64,000 nucleotides of DNA from Verrucomicrobiota bacterium (GTDB taxonomy: Bacteria; Verrucomicrobiota; Kiritimatiellia; CAIQIC01; JAGNIJ01), in the NCBI GenBank assembly GCA_043803015.1, contig JAZDKK010000051.1, forward strand, positions 17,213-81,212. Direction: 5' to 3'. A model generated the notes under the pieces. It did not search any database. It was not told the origin of the DNA and saw nothing but the letters and a program-made list of their open reading frames with translations. Both the position numbers and the translations under genes were made by a program. The number at the start of each line of letters is the position of its first letter. Within the stretch, counting starts at the first letter, position 1. This document shows, in pieces, positions 44,153 to 54,877 of this stretch.

Positions 44153-44868
44153 GGGCCGGCCGCCCCCTGCTTCATGGCCACGAGGATGAAGTACCGCGGC
44201 GCGAGGGAGTCGACCCTCGTGACCACGGGGCTGAAGCGCTCGCCGGGTTTGAGAAGACTGTTGTAGAGCCTCATCAACACCTTCGGCCGCAGGAGGCGCT
44301 GCTGCCGCTGTCCGAAGACATTCGACCGGTTCGCTTGGAAGCCCGCAGACAGCAGTTCCTGCGTGAGCTCATCGATCGTGAACTCCTGCGCGTGAAACTT
44401 GTTGCCCGGTTTGTCCGCCAGCGACTTCGCCTTGGGCGACGCGAGAGGCCTGTTGGGCGACGAGATGAGAAGGGTTCCCCCCGGCCGCAGGAGGGCATGA
44501 AGGCTGGCCAGCGCCGCCCGGTACTCGGGCACGTGCTCGATGGTCTCGAACGAGACCACGACATCGTAGGGCGTCCCGGCGCGGAACGTCCGGATGTCGC
44601 CCGCGAGGAAGCGCACGTTCGCCGCGGCGTGGTGCTCCTTCGCGTAGGCGATGTGGGCCGGCGAGAGGTCCACGCCGTCCACCCGGAGCGCCCCGGCCTC
44701 GGCCATGAGCTTCGCGCCGTAGCCCACGCCGCACGCGATATCGAGCACGGTCTTCCCCTCCGCGTAGCGGCAGGCGAAGCGATAGCGCTCGAGGTGATCG
44801 TCCTCGATGCGCTTCGGCGCCTTGCCGGGGATGAAGCACTCGCCGGTGAATTCCAGGTCCACGGTCAC
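44149..44868 (-). CDS. class I SAM-dependent methyltransferase
   Basis: Motif I VLDIACGVGYG, plus DVVVSFETIEHV. GTG start at 44868 overlaps the upstream stop. Confidence 0.8.
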   Translation of the reverse strand: MTVDLEFTGECFIPGKAPKRIEDDHLERYRFACRYAEGKTVLDIACGVGYGAKLMAEAGALRVDGVDLSPAHIAYAKEHHAAANVRFLAGDIRTFRAGTPYDVVVSFETIEHVPEYRAALASLHALLRPGGTLLISSPNRPLASPKAKSLADKPGNKFHAQEFTIDELTQELLSAGFQANRSNVFGQRQQRLLRPKVLMRLYNSLLKPGERFSPVVTRVDSLAPRYFILVAMKQGAAGP

Positions 44869-45824
44869 CCTCCCTTGCTCCCGCGCAGGTAGAAACAGGC
44901 GGCGTCGCCTTCTCCCTGCCGGTTCAGTTCCGCAGCGCGCCGCTTGAAGCGCCTCATCTCGCGCCAGCCGAACAGGCTCTTGCGCGACCTCAGGCCCTGC
45001 GCGGTCGTCTCCATCAGCGGCAGGTCCCTGCGGATCAGCTCGCTGGCCCAGAACTGGAGCGCGCCCGAGTCAAACACCACGTCGGCCGTCTCGAAGCCGG
45101 ACCGCTCCGCCAGGAGTTTCATGCTGGCCACGGTGTGGACGAACAGGTGCCGCGGCGCGTCGATGCCCACCCAGTCGGCGCCGTACTCCCGCCAGGCTTG
45201 GGCGGCCACCGGGATGCGGATCAGCACGTACCCCTCGGGCGCCAGGAGCCGGTGCGCCTCCCGCAGGACCGCCGCGGGCGCCGGCATATGCTCGAGCGAA
45301 TGGTGCAGCATGATGAGATCGTACTCGCCCGTGAGCTCGGACAGGCCGGTCTTGAGGATACGCACGCCGTTTCCATAATCGATGCTCTCGGGAAGGAAGA
45401 TGTCCTGGCCCGTCAGGTTCGTGAATCCTTCCGCGGCCATGTCGAGCAGCCTTCGCCCGGAACCGCACCCGACGTCGAGGATCCGGGAATCGAACCGCGC
45501 GCCGGTCTTCTTGAACCACTCGTAGGATCCGTACCGCTTCGAGCGCAGACCCCACAGCCGGTTGGATCCAAGCAGGCAGTACCTGGCCCGGGTGCGCACG
45601 AGGAACGAGCGCAGGGGATTCGGCCGGGCGGGCTTTCTGTTCTCGAGCGAGTAGTAACCCGCCGGGTAGTACTTCTCGAGGTCCGGGGGGATGTCCGCTG
45701 CCTGGAGGCAGCCGCACGCGCCGCACTCAAAGTAGGGGAACTGGTCCCTCGTGCCGAACATCATCTCCCGGGCCGTGAAGTCCCGGTTTCCCGACACGTT
45801 GCCGCATATCGCGCAGGCCGCCAT
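44865..45824 (-). CDS. SAM-dependent methyltransferase with N-terminal Cys4 zinc ribbon
   Basis: ATG at 45824. CAICGN...YFECGACGC, followed by ILDVGCGSG and DLIMLHHSLEHM. Confidence 0.75.
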   Translation of the reverse strand: MAACAICGNVSGNRDFTAREMMFGTRDQFPYFECGACGCLQAADIPPDLEKYYPAGYYSLENRKPARPNPLRSFLVRTRARYCLLGSNRLWGLRSKRYGSYEWFKKTGARFDSRILDVGCGSGRRLLDMAAEGFTNLTGQDIFLPESIDYGNGVRILKTGLSELTGEYDLIMLHHSLEHMPAPAAVLREAHRLLAPEGYVLIRIPVAAQAWREYGADWVGIDAPRHLFVHTVASMKLLAERSGFETADVVFDSGALQFWASELIRRDLPLMETTAQGLRSRKSLFGWREMRRFKRRAAELNRQGEGDAACFYLRGSKGG

Positions 45825-45831
45825 GAGTCCT

Positions 45832-46737
45832 TTACCCCCGCTCTCCCGGCGGAACCTTGCCCTCGTCCACCTCGTGTAGGAATCGGCGGCAGGACTCGAC
45901 GATGGCGCGGTACTGCTCGCGGCGCTCACGCGCGGCTTCGCTCTGTCCGAACAGTTTCGCGCCCAGCGAATGGACCAGCAGTCGGTACCGGCTGCGCCGG
46001 AGTTCCCGCTCCGCGATGCGACGCGATACCTCGGGGGGATAGTGCTTTCGGTAGAACCGGTGCAGGCTTTGCTGCCGCTGGAGCTGGAGCTCGTAGGTTG
46101 GCGTCGCTCCCTCGCTGACGCCGCCGACGTGGGACACCTCGACCGACTCGTTGTAGCCGATGGCGTACCCGGCCTTTCGCAGGCGGAGGCACAGGTCGGT
46201 TTCCTCGCCGTACAGGAAGAACTCCTCGTCGAAGCCCCCGATCTTGTCGAACGCGGCGCGCCGGATCATCATGCCGGCCCCGACCACCCACGCGATTTCG
46301 CCCGGCCCAGGGGAACAGTCCAGCGGCACGTGCCTAGCCCCGGGGTAATGCATCTTGGGCGGGACCCAGCGGCCGTCCTTCATGATGCGCATCCCGCAGA
46401 GCCCGCACTCCGGGTGTGCGTCCATCCAGTCCACGAGCCGCTTCAGGCCGTCCTTCTGCGTCAGCCTGGCGTCCGGGTTCAGAACCAGCTGGTAGCGGCT
46501 GGCCGAGGCGTGCCGCGCCGCCAGGTTGTGGCCGGCCCCGAAGCCGGTGTTCTGCGGACTCGCGATGACCCGGACGCGGTCGCCGTACGCGCGCAGAACC
46601 TCCAGCGTGTGGTCGGTGCTCTTGTTATCGACCACGATGATTTCCGAGGCAACGCCGGCCTGTTCCAGGACCGAGTCCAGGCAGGCGCGGATCGTCGAAG
46701 CGGAGTTGTAGGTCACGATGGATACGCTGACATCCAT
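45832..46737 (-). CDS. glycosyltransferase family 2
   Basis: MDVSVSIVTYNSASTIRACLDSV...IIVVDNKSTD, then NTGFGAGHN and the DxD region. Confidence 0.85.
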   Translation of the reverse strand: MDVSVSIVTYNSASTIRACLDSVLEQAGVASEIIVVDNKSTDHTLEVLRAYGDRVRVIASPQNTGFGAGHNLAARHASASRYQLVLNPDARLTQKDGLKRLVDWMDAHPECGLCGMRIMKDGRWVPPKMHYPGARHVPLDCSPGPGEIAWVVGAGMMIRRAAFDKIGGFDEEFFLYGEETDLCLRLRKAGYAIGYNESVEVSHVGGVSEGATPTYELQLQRQQSLHRFYRKHYPPEVSRRIAERELRRSRYRLLVHSLGAKLFGQSEAARERREQYRAIVESCRRFLHEVDEGKVPPGERG

Positions 46738-46764
46738 GACGGGTTCCCTTGCGCCGCGGGCGGA

Positions 46765-47970
46765 CTAGAGGCCCTTCCGCAGGACTTTCTCCTTCGAGAC
46801 CTGCTCGTAGAGCACGCGCACCGCCTCGTAGTTCTTCTCCATGGAATGTTCCTGCGCCAGCGCCCACTGTGCGTCGCGTGTCGTTTCCCGGGCGGCAGGT
46901 TCGGCGACGCGGAGCATGGCGCCGGCCAGTTCCGCGGGCTCGCACGGCATGTCGATCAGGACGCACCCCGGGCGATCGTGCATGATCTCCGAGGCCCCGC
47001 TGTTCGTGGAGACCACCACCGGCAGGCCGCACGCCACGGCCTCGAGGCAGACGAAACCGAACGCGTCGTAGTACGATGGATGGAGGAGGGCGTCGGCGGC
47101 AGCAAAGTAGTCGATCAGGTCAGGCGCCGACCCGCAGAACTGCACGTACTTGTCCACCCCCAGCCGGCAGGCCATGATCCGGAACGCCTCCGTGTGGCCG
47201 CGGCCCACCACGAGCAGGCGGAGCGGCCGGCCGATCTGCTTCAACACGATCGGCAGGGCGCGGATGAGATCATGTAAGCCCTTCAGCCTGAAGTTGTTAG
47301 CAACGAAAAGGAAGGCGAGCATGCTTTCGTCCAGGCCTATCTTGGCCCGGGCCTGGGCGCGGAGCGGCGCCACGCGCGCCGGGTTGTAGACGGACACGTC
47401 GACGCCGTTCCGGATCATGTGGATGCGGGAGCAACAGGACGGGTAGTAGCGGGCCATGTCGTTGGCGACCCGCTGGGACACCGCGATGAAATGGCGGTCC
47501 GGGTCGTTGAACTGGTGTTCCTCGTTCCGGCGCAGCGCCCGGTACTGCGGCAGGACGCGGTACAGCATCGCACGGAACATGCGCTCGGCGGGGCTCGGCG
47601 CGCTCCACGCATTGTACTTCTCGAAGGCAAGGTGCACGCCGCCGCCCAGCCGCAGGACGTCGCACGGCCACGCGTGGTTGAACGCCTGGACGAGGTCGTG
47701 GGACCGCTGCTCCAGCGCCCGGCCGAGCGCGGCGGCGAAACGGGCGGGACGGTTGCGGCGGGGGTGGGCCGGGACCGCCAGCCGGCGGATGTCGATTCCC
47801 GCCGGGGCGTCCTCCGAGGTCTCCCGGGTGAAGACATCCACGGCGTGGCCGTGGCGGACGAGCCACTGGGCCAGCCCCCACGCGTAGCGCTCGGCGCCGC
47901 CCTGCTTCGGGTTGAAATGCTCGATGGCGAAAGCGATCTTCACGGGACGCCTTTCAAGTCCTCGGGGCAT
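46765..47970 (-). CDS. glycosyltransferase family 1 (GT4-type)
   Basis: KIAFAIEHFNPKQGGAERY at the N-terminus. C-terminal LLHPSYYDAFGFVCLEAVACGLPVVVS (EX7E region). Confidence 0.8.
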   Translation of the reverse strand: MPRGLERRPVKIAFAIEHFNPKQGGAERYAWGLAQWLVRHGHAVDVFTRETSEDAPAGIDIRRLAVPAHPRRNRPARFAAALGRALEQRSHDLVQAFNHAWPCDVLRLGGGVHLAFEKYNAWSAPSPAERMFRAMLYRVLPQYRALRRNEEHQFNDPDRHFIAVSQRVANDMARYYPSCCSRIHMIRNGVDVSVYNPARVAPLRAQARAKIGLDESMLAFLFVANNFRLKGLHDLIRALPIVLKQIGRPLRLLVVGRGHTEAFRIMACRLGVDKYVQFCGSAPDLIDYFAAADALLHPSYYDAFGFVCLEAVACGLPVVVSTNSGASEIMHDRPGCVLIDMPCEPAELAGAMLRVAEPAARETTRDAQWALAQEHSMEKNYEAVRVLYEQVSKEKVLRKGL

Positions 47971-48736
47971 CGGCCCTCGGCGGAGGCTGGTGCTGGAGCT
48001 CCCACATCTTGGCGTACTTCATGAACACGCCGAAGGCGCTGATGCTCGCGATGATCAGGCCCTGGGTTCCGTCGAGGAACCCGTGGCGCAGGACGTACGC
48101 CCTGAGGAACCGGAGGAGGGGCCGGAAGAGGATGTGCCGCCACCTGAAGCGCTCGCCTTGCCGGAATTTCTCCTGCGCCGTGATACCCGAGTACCGGTTG
48201 ATGGTTTCCAGGTGCTCCCGGATGTCGTCGTACGTGTAGTGGCGGAGATGGCCCTTGAGCGTCTGGACGGGGCCGTCCACCACGACATGGTCGTGCGGCT
48301 CCTGGCCCGCGCTGAACCCGCGGTCCTTCCGGAACAGCCTCAGCTTGATATCGGGATACCACTCGCCGTGCCGGATCCACTTTCCGAGGAAGTAGACCTG
48401 CCGGGGGAACTGGAACCCCACGTAGGGGTCGGTCACCGTCTCGAACCTGGCGAGGATCTCCTCCCGGAGCTCGGGCGACACCTCTTCGTCGGCATCCAGA
48501 AAGAGGATCCACGGGGACCGCGCCATCTCGCGGATCAGGTTCTTCTGACCGACGTAGCCCAGCCACTCGTGCTGGTAGACCCGGTCCGTGAACTCCTTCG
48601 AGATCTCCACCGTGCGGTCGGTGCTGAAGCTGTCCACGACGACGATCTCGTCGCACCAGGTCAGGCTTTGGAGACAGCGCCGGATTTTCTGTTCTTCGTT
48701 GCCCGCAGTCACGCAGGCGGAGATCTTCTCGCGCAT
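47954..48736 (-). CDS. glycosyltransferase family 2 (LPS-core type)
   Basis: ISACVTAGNEEQKIRRCLQSLTWCDEIVVVDSFSTDRTVEI, and DADE. Confidence 0.8.
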   Translation of the reverse strand: MREKISACVTAGNEEQKIRRCLQSLTWCDEIVVVDSFSTDRTVEISKEFTDRVYQHEWLGYVGQKNLIREMARSPWILFLDADEEVSPELREEILARFETVTDPYVGFQFPRQVYFLGKWIRHGEWYPDIKLRLFRKDRGFSAGQEPHDHVVVDGPVQTLKGHLRHYTYDDIREHLETINRYSGITAQEKFRQGERFRWRHILFRPLLRFLRAYVLRHGFLDGTQGLIIASISAFGVFMKYAKMWELQHQPPPRADAPRT

Positions 48737-48739
48737 GAG

Positions 48740-49831
48740 CTAGCCCTGTTTACCGGTCGCACGATGCGACTGCTCGAGGCAGTCAAGCGCCGCACGGTAT
48801 ACCTGTTCGGGATGAATCGAGGCCAGGCTTTTCCTGGCTGCGGGCGAGTCGCGCGAGATGTCCCGGGCGCGGACCTCGCTGTTCTGAAGGACGCGGCAGA
48901 TTCGCCCGATCGGGCCGGTCTTGGCGGGGTCCGTTATGCCGTACAGCGCGACCACCGGCGTCCCGACGGCGGCGGCCAGGTGCATCCCGCCGCTGTCGTT
49001 CGCGACGATCAGGTCGCAGGCCCGGAGCAGGGCGATCCACTCCGGCAGGGAGGTCCGCCCCGCGAGGTTCACGGCGGCGGGCCCGATGCGTCGGGCGATG
49101 TCCCCGCAGAGGTCCGCTTCGCGCGTGATGCCCAGGACCACGAGGCCGCAGCCGCGCTGCCCGGCCAGCAGGCGGCCCAGCTCGGCAAAGTGCTCCGCCG
49201 GCCACTGCTTGGACGGGCCCCGCGCGGCGCCGGGGATCACGCCAACCCGCGGCGCGGGCACCGCGGCCAGGCGCTCGCGCGCGGCGGCCTCTGCGGCCTC
49301 CGGCACCTTGATCTGCGGCAGCTCGAGGTCCGCCTGGGCGGCGTCGGGGACCATCAGGTCGAGGTACTCGTACGCCTGGTGCCGTCGGCCCGGCACGTCG
49401 CGCGGCCGGATGACCTGGGTCAGCATGGCGTCGCGCCAGTGCCCCGGCATGCCGATCCGGAGCGGGATCCGGGCCAGCCAGGGGACCAGCGCGGACCGGA
49501 AGGAATGCGGCAGGACGAAGGCCCGTGCGAACTTCTCGGTCCGCAGGGCGCGGACCGTGCGAAGCGTGCCGGACCAGCCCCCCTCGAGCGTCAGGAGCTG
49601 GTCCGGCGCCGCGTGCAGTTTCCAGAGCGGGAGCAGGCCCGGCTTGACGAGGAGCGTGATGCGGGCGGAGGGGTTGGCCTTCCGGTAAGCCTGCAGGGCC
49701 GGCATGCTCATCACCGTGTCGCCGATCCAGTTCACGCCGCAGACCAGGACCCGTTCGCCGAGGTGCTGGGCGCGGTCGCCCGCCGCCGTGCGGCGCGCGT
49801 CACTTGAAGCAGATGCGCTGGATGCATTCAT
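48740..49831 (-). CDS. ADP-heptose:LPS heptosyltransferase (GT9)
   Basis: VLVCGVNWIGDTVMSMPALQAYRKANP and ANDSGGMHLAAAVGTPVVALYG. Confidence 0.8.
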   Translation of the reverse strand: MNASSASASSDARRTAAGDRAQHLGERVLVCGVNWIGDTVMSMPALQAYRKANPSARITLLVKPGLLPLWKLHAAPDQLLTLEGGWSGTLRTVRALRTEKFARAFVLPHSFRSALVPWLARIPLRIGMPGHWRDAMLTQVIRPRDVPGRRHQAYEYLDLMVPDAAQADLELPQIKVPEAAEAAARERLAAVPAPRVGVIPGAARGPSKQWPAEHFAELGRLLAGQRGCGLVVLGITREADLCGDIARRIGPAAVNLAGRTSLPEWIALLRACDLIVANDSGGMHLAAAVGTPVVALYGITDPAKTGPIGRICRVLQNSEVRARDISRDSPAARKSLASIHPEQVYRAALDCLEQSHRATGKQG

Positions 49832-50927
49832 AGAAATCCTCCGCTCCGCTGAGCATTTCGATCTCGACCCTGAGGAAGTAGATGGGCAGGTCGCGCCGCT
49901 CCATCATCGGGAAGCGGACCGCGTCCTTCTCCGTCGAGACGACGGCCCGGGCGCCGCGGTTGAGGCCCTTGTTGATGACGTTGATGATCTCCTGCTGGCT
50001 GTAGCGGTGGTGGTCCGCGTAGCGCTTGTGGTAGAGCACTTTCGCGCCGAGGCGCACCAGCTCGTCCTCGAAGCCCTTGGGCACGGCGATCCCGGAGATG
50101 GCGGCGACCTCGAGCCCCTGGAGGAAGTCCAGGCTCTTGCGCTCGCCGGTGTAGACGTCCTGCAGGTGGCGGGCGCAGTGCCGGCACTCGGAGATCTCGG
50201 CGTGCGGATTCAGCTCGCGCAGCGTTTTCTTCAGGTCCTCTGCGCCGTCGCCCGAGGACTTGGTGACGAAGATGAACGAGGCCCGCTTGATGTTCCGGAT
50301 GGGCTCCCGGAGGATGCCGCGCGGCAGGAGGCGCCGGTTGCCGAACGGATTCGTGCGGTCCACCAGGACGATGTCCAGCCGGTGCTTGAGCGGCAGGTAC
50401 TGGAACCCGTCGTCGAGGATGAGCGTGTCGCACCCGAGCTTGGAGATCGCGTACTGGCCGGCCTTCACGCGGTTCTTGTCCACCAGCACGGCGACGTGGG
50501 GCAGGTTGGACGCCAACATGTAGGGCTCGTCGCCGCTCACGTCGGAATCATGCAGGAGGCGCTTGCCGTCGGACACCACGAGGGGCGGGCTGCCCTTCGT
50601 CCGGCCCGTCACGCGGTCCCTCAGCCTCCTCAGGAAGGACGGTTCGTGCCGCTTGTAGCCCCGGCTGAGGACAGCGACCTTGCGGCCCTGCTTCTGGAGG
50701 GCGCGGGCGAAGGTCTCCACCACGGGGGTCTTGCCCGTGCCGCCGACCGTCAGGTTGCCGACGCTGACCACCTGGCAGCCGAGCGTGTGGGGCCGGAAGA
50801 AACCGTGGGTGTAAAGGTACAGGCGGACCTGGACGATGATCCCGTACAGGCGGGACAGCTGCTTCAGCAGCCAGCCCACGACGGCGGCAGAGCGGCCGGG
50901 CCGGCGGTCCTCGATGACCGTCAGCAT
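49800..50927 (-). CDS. lpxK: tetraacyldisaccharide 4'-kinase
   Basis: ATG at 50927. [41 protein letters not shown]. Confidence 0.85.
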   Translation of the reverse strand: MLTVIEDRRPGRSAAVVGWLLKQLSRLYGIIVQVRLYLYTHGFFRPHTLGCQVVSVGNLTVGGTGKTPVVETFARALQKQGRKVAVLSRGYKRHEPSFLRRLRDRVTGRTKGSPPLVVSDGKRLLHDSDVSGDEPYMLASNLPHVAVLVDKNRVKAGQYAISKLGCDTLILDDGFQYLPLKHRLDIVLVDRTNPFGNRRLLPRGILREPIRNIKRASFIFVTKSSGDGAEDLKKTLRELNPHAEISECRHCARHLQDVYTGERKSLDFLQGLEVAAISGIAVPKGFEDELVRLGAKVLYHKRYADHHRYSQQEIINVINKGLNRGARAVVSTEKDAVRFPMMERRDLPIYFLRVEIEMLSGAEDFYECIQRICFK

Positions 50928-51093
50928 GTACGTCTCCAGCTTCTCTGTCCATCGCTGCGACACGGCGCGGAGTCTCCCTGGGTGGTCGCGTGGCCGGTCG
51001 GGATGTTGCCATCTGCGCGGGGAGCCCGTCAACCCGCGGTTTGGACGCGTCCCGCCCGGAAGGGCGTCGCCATCCGCGTGGCGCCGGACTACA

Positions 51094-51714
51094 ATGCCGG
51101 CCATGCAGAAGATAGCGATCAGCCTGCGGATCGTCCCCGGCGACTGGCTGTCGCCGCTGCCGCTGGACACCCTGTTCGCGGCGGGCAACGACGGTCAGCG
51201 GCGCCCGCTCGAAGTGGACGTTGGGTGCGGCAAGGGCCGTTTCCTGCTGGCGCGGGCGGCGGAGCAGCGGGGCACGGATTTCCTGGGAGTCGACCGGATG
51301 CTGCGGCGCATCCGCAAGGTGGATAACAAGGCGCGCCGGCTCGGGCTCGGCAACATCCGCCTGCTGCGGATGGAGGCGTACTACGCCGTGGCCTACCTGA
51401 TTCCGCCGTCGGCGGTGACCACGTACTACATCTTCTTCCCCGATCCCTGGCCCAAGAAACGGCACCACGAGCACCGCCTGTTCAACCCGAGATTCCTCGA
51501 CGCCCTGCACCGGACCCTGGTGCCCGGGGGGCAGGTCCATTTCTCCACGGATCACCTGCCGTACTTCGAGGAGGTGAAGGCGGTCCTGGTCGCCGACCGG
51601 CGCTTCGCCGAGATCCCGCCGTTCGAGCCCGGCGAGGAGGAGAGGACGGATTTCGAGCGCTACTACGTGTCCCGCACGCCTATAGGTCGCCTTTCACTTC
51701 GAAAGGCATCGTGA
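51094..51714 (+). CDS. trmB: tRNA (guanine46-N7)-methyltransferase
   Basis: EVDVGCGKGRFL and FFPDPWPKKRHHEHRL. The start is ATG 51094 or 51103. Confidence 0.85.
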   Translation: MPAMQKIAISLRIVPGDWLSPLPLDTLFAAGNDGQRRPLEVDVGCGKGRFLLARAAEQRGTDFLGVDRMLRRIRKVDNKARRLGLGNIRLLRMEAYYAVAYLIPPSAVTTYYIFFPDPWPKKRHHEHRLFNPRFLDALHRTLVPGGQVHFSTDHLPYFEEVKAVLVADRRFAEIPPFEPGEEERTDFERYYVSRTPIGRLSLRKAS

Positions 51715-53290
51715 ACGGCTTCGTAACGGTCTCCGCGGGAGGCGCGTTCGTCGGCGCCGGCGCGGGCTCAGGCCGGGACCTCGCCCGTGCAGGCTTGCTC
51801 GTGCGCCACGGCGGGGGCAGGCTCGCGGCCTTCTCGAGAAGCGTCTTCGGCCGGGCATCCTCGTCCTGCAGGTCCTCGCGGTAGTACACCTGCACGACGT
51901 AACCGTAGAACCGCCACTGCTGGTTGTACTTCGCCGTCTCCTGGTCGCGGAATCCGCGCGGCACCACGTACGCCGCCGAAACCGACCGCTGGTCCCCCGG
52001 GCTCCAGTAGCCGTCCATGCGCAGGGCTTCCTTGGGCGCGACCGCCCGGGTGAGGCCGACCTCCTTGGACTCGCGGTCCTCGTCGAAGAAGCGGATCACC
52101 ACGCGGACCTCGCTGGGGTCCAGGTCGCGCTCGCCGGGCTTCGGCTTCAGCGTGACCCCGACCAGCCGCATCTCCTCGAACTGTTCGCTCTCCTGGAAGC
52201 GTTGCTCGTCGACCGAGACGATCCGGAGCCGCCGCGGCAGGCGCGACGCCGTGTCCGCAGAGGCCACGGCCGAGGAGGGGCCCGCCGCGGTTTTCTGGAC
52301 CAGCTCCTGGCGCGCCAGCCGCGTGCGCTCCGCGGCGGCCTGCTGGTAGAGTGGCGTGCCCATGCTCCGCTTCATGACCTCCGTCCACTGCTCGCCGGCC
52401 TTCGCCAGCAAGCCCCGGCTCTCGAGGAGGCGCGCCCGCTCGACGTAGGCCGGGAGGAAGTCGGGCGCCATGATCTGGATACGCTCCAGCTGGCGGTCCG
52501 CCTGGACCAGGTTGTGCCGGGCCGCTTCCAGCATCGCCTCGTCCAGCATCTGCTGGGCCTTGGCGGTCAGCGGCTCGACGGCCGGCGCCGCGGCGGGCTC
52601 GGCCTCGACCGGCTCGATTGCGATGGGGACCGGCGGCGGTTGGGCGAGTTCCTGCACCTGCTCGCGAAGGCCTTCGACGTCGGCGCGGAGCTGCTGGATC
52701 TCGTTCGATACGCGGGCCTCGGCTTCCACGGGGGCCACCGGAGAAGCGACGGGTTGGACCGGGGCCGGTGCGGGTTCCGGGGGTGGGGGGGCGGGCGCCT
52801 CGGTCTGCGCGACGGCGGCGGTCTCGGCCGCCGCGGGTGGGGCACCGGCCGGCTCGGGGGGTGGGGACACGCTGAGCACGTCTTCGTGCCACACGGACAG
52901 GCCGACGAGGAACGTCAGCTCGAACAGGATGATCAGGACGATCGCCGCGAACGTCAGCCCCTGCACGTGGCTCACGCGCCGGGCCTCGGTGACCTCGGAT
53001 TGGGCCGTCTCCTGGTACTGCAGGCGCGTGCGGCCCAGCTCGATCACGTCGTTGTGCCGGAGAAGCGCTTCCCGCAGCGGCTGGTTGTTGACCACAATCC
53101 CGTTCATGGATCCCAGGTCGCGGATATGGATGCCCTCCGGCCGCTGCTCGATGACCACGTGCTTCCGGGACACCTCGTCGTCGGGCACGATGATGTGGCA
53201 GTCCGGGTCGCGGCCGACGACCACGGAGCCCTGCTGGACCACGAGGCGCTTCCCTTTGTACGGGCCGCTGAGGTAAACGAGTCTGTACAT
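51680..53290 (-). CDS. FHA-domain membrane protein with Pro/Ala-rich linker, coiled coil and TPR-like region
   Basis: ATG at 53290. FHA sequence VVGRDPDCHIIVPDDEVSRKHVVIEQRPEGIHIRDLGSMNGIVVNNQ. TM helix LTFAAIVLIILFELTFLVGLSVW. Confidence 0.8.
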   Translation of the reverse strand: MYRLVYLSGPYKGKRLVVQQGSVVVGRDPDCHIIVPDDEVSRKHVVIEQRPEGIHIRDLGSMNGIVVNNQPLREALLRHNDVIELGRTRLQYQETAQSEVTEARRVSHVQGLTFAAIVLIILFELTFLVGLSVWHEDVLSVSPPPEPAGAPPAAAETAAVAQTEAPAPPPPEPAPAPVQPVASPVAPVEAEARVSNEIQQLRADVEGLREQVQELAQPPPVPIAIEPVEAEPAAAPAVEPLTAKAQQMLDEAMLEAARHNLVQADRQLERIQIMAPDFLPAYVERARLLESRGLLAKAGEQWTEVMKRSMGTPLYQQAAAERTRLARQELVQKTAAGPSSAVASADTASRLPRRLRIVSVDEQRFQESEQFEEMRLVGVTLKPKPGERDLDPSEVRVVIRFFDEDRESKEVGLTRAVAPKEALRMDGYWSPGDQRSVSAAYVVPRGFRDQETAKYNQQWRFYGYVVQVYYREDLQDEDARPKTLLEKAASLPPPWRTSKPARARSRPEPAPAPTNAPPAETVTKPFTMPFEVKGDL

Positions 53291-53416
53291 CCCGCTGATC
53301 CTTTCCAACGAACCAGTTTCTTTGAGCCCCGGGGGCACGGCAAGAAGAAACGCGAAGGGTCCCGCCCGTACTCCAAGCTTGACCCTGCCGGTCAACTTCC
53401 GCACGATGCGCTGACC

Positions 53417-54865
53417 ATGACCTCGAAAAACGGCAGCGTTTCGCTCGATACGCTGGCGTCGCTCTGCAAGCGGCGCGGCTTCATTTTCCAGAGCTCGGAG
53501 ATCTACGGCGGCATCAACGGCTTCTGGGACTACGGTCCGCTGGGCTGCGAGCTGAAGCGGAACATCAAGGACGCCTGGTGGCGGGCGATGGTCCAGAACC
53601 GCGACGACATCGTCGGCTTGGATTCGTCCATCATCATGCACCCGCGCGTATGGGAAGCTTCCGGGCATCTCCAGGGGTTCACGGACCCGATGGTGGACTG
53701 CCGGAGCTGCAAGAAGCGGTACCGCGCCGACCAGCTCTGCGACGAGCTGGGGCTCAAGCTGGAGTTCGAGACCGGCAGCGCGGCGGAGAAGAAGATCAAG
53801 CTCCCGCCGGGCGCGAAGTGCCCGGCCTGCGGGTCGGCCGAGCTGACCGAGCCGCGCGCCTTCAATCTGATGTTCAAGACGTTCGTCGGGCCGGTGGAGG
53901 ACGACTCGGCCGTGGCCTACCTCCGGCCGGAAACGGCGCAGGGCATCTTCGTGCAGTTCGACAACGTCCTACAGGTCTCGCGCCAGAAGGTCCCCTTCGG
54001 CATCGCGCAGATCGGCAAGGCCTTCCGCAACGAGATCAACCCGCGCAACTACACGTTCCGTTCCCGCGAGTTCGAGCAGATGGAACTGGAGTACTTCATC
54101 AAGCCCGGCACGGACCAACAGTGGCATGAGTACTGGGTGGGGGAACGGCTGAAGTGGTACCAGGCCGTCGGCCTGCCGGAGGGGCATCTGCACAAGTACG
54201 TCTACGGGAAGGAAGAACTGGCGCACTACGCCAGCGCGTGCACGGACATCACGTACGATTTCCCGTTCGGGACGCAGGAGCTCGAGGGCATCGCCGCGCG
54301 CGGCGACTACGACCTCCGTCGCCACCAGGAATTCAGCGGGAAGTCCATGGAGTATTTCAACCAGGAGAGCAGCGAGAAGTTCATCCCGCACGTCGTTGAA
54401 CCGTCCGCCGGCGTGGACCGCATCGCGCTCGCCCTGCTGTGCGAGGCGTTCCGCGAGGAATGGGTGCCCACGGCGGAGGCGGCCGGCGCGCCGGTGCTTC
54501 CGGTCGAGCCCGGCCAGCAGGCGCCGAAGGGCTACGAGGTGCGGACGGTCATGCAGTTCGCCCCCCGGATCGCGCCGGTCAAGGTCGCGGTCTTCCCCCT
54601 GCTGAAGAACAAGCCGGAGCTGGTCGACAAGGCCCGCCAGGTGTTCGAGGTGCTGCGCAAGCGGTGGCCCGCGTTCTGGGACATCGCCGGCGCCATCGGC
54701 CGGCGGTACCGGCGGCAGGACGAGATCGGCACGCCGTGCGGCGTGACCATTGACTTCCAGACCCTCCAGGACGACACGGTGACCCTCCGCGACCGGGACA
54801 CCATGCAGCAGGTTCGGCTGAAGATCGCCGAACTGCCGGAGAAGATCGCGGAGCGGCTCCTGTAG
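53417..54865 (+). CDS. glyQS: glycine--tRNA ligase (homodimeric GlyQS type)
   Basis: ATG at 53417. RRGFIFQSSEIYGGINGFWDYGPLGCELKRNIKDAWW, LRPETAQGIF, FRNEINPR. Confidence 0.9.
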   Translation: MTSKNGSVSLDTLASLCKRRGFIFQSSEIYGGINGFWDYGPLGCELKRNIKDAWWRAMVQNRDDIVGLDSSIIMHPRVWEASGHLQGFTDPMVDCRSCKKRYRADQLCDELGLKLEFETGSAAEKKIKLPPGAKCPACGSAELTEPRAFNLMFKTFVGPVEDDSAVAYLRPETAQGIFVQFDNVLQVSRQKVPFGIAQIGKAFRNEINPRNYTFRSREFEQMELEYFIKPGTDQQWHEYWVGERLKWYQAVGLPEGHLHKYVYGKEELAHYASACTDITYDFPFGTQELEGIAARGDYDLRRHQEFSGKSMEYFNQESSEKFIPHVVEPSAGVDRIALALLCEAFREEWVPTAEAAGAPVLPVEPGQQAPKGYEVRTVMQFAPRIAPVKVAVFPLLKNKPELVDKARQVFEVLRKRWPAFWDIAGAIGRRYRRQDEIGTPCGVTIDFQTLQDDTVTLRDRDTMQQVRLKIAELPEKIAERLL

Positions 54866-54877
54866 CCGCGCGGAGTA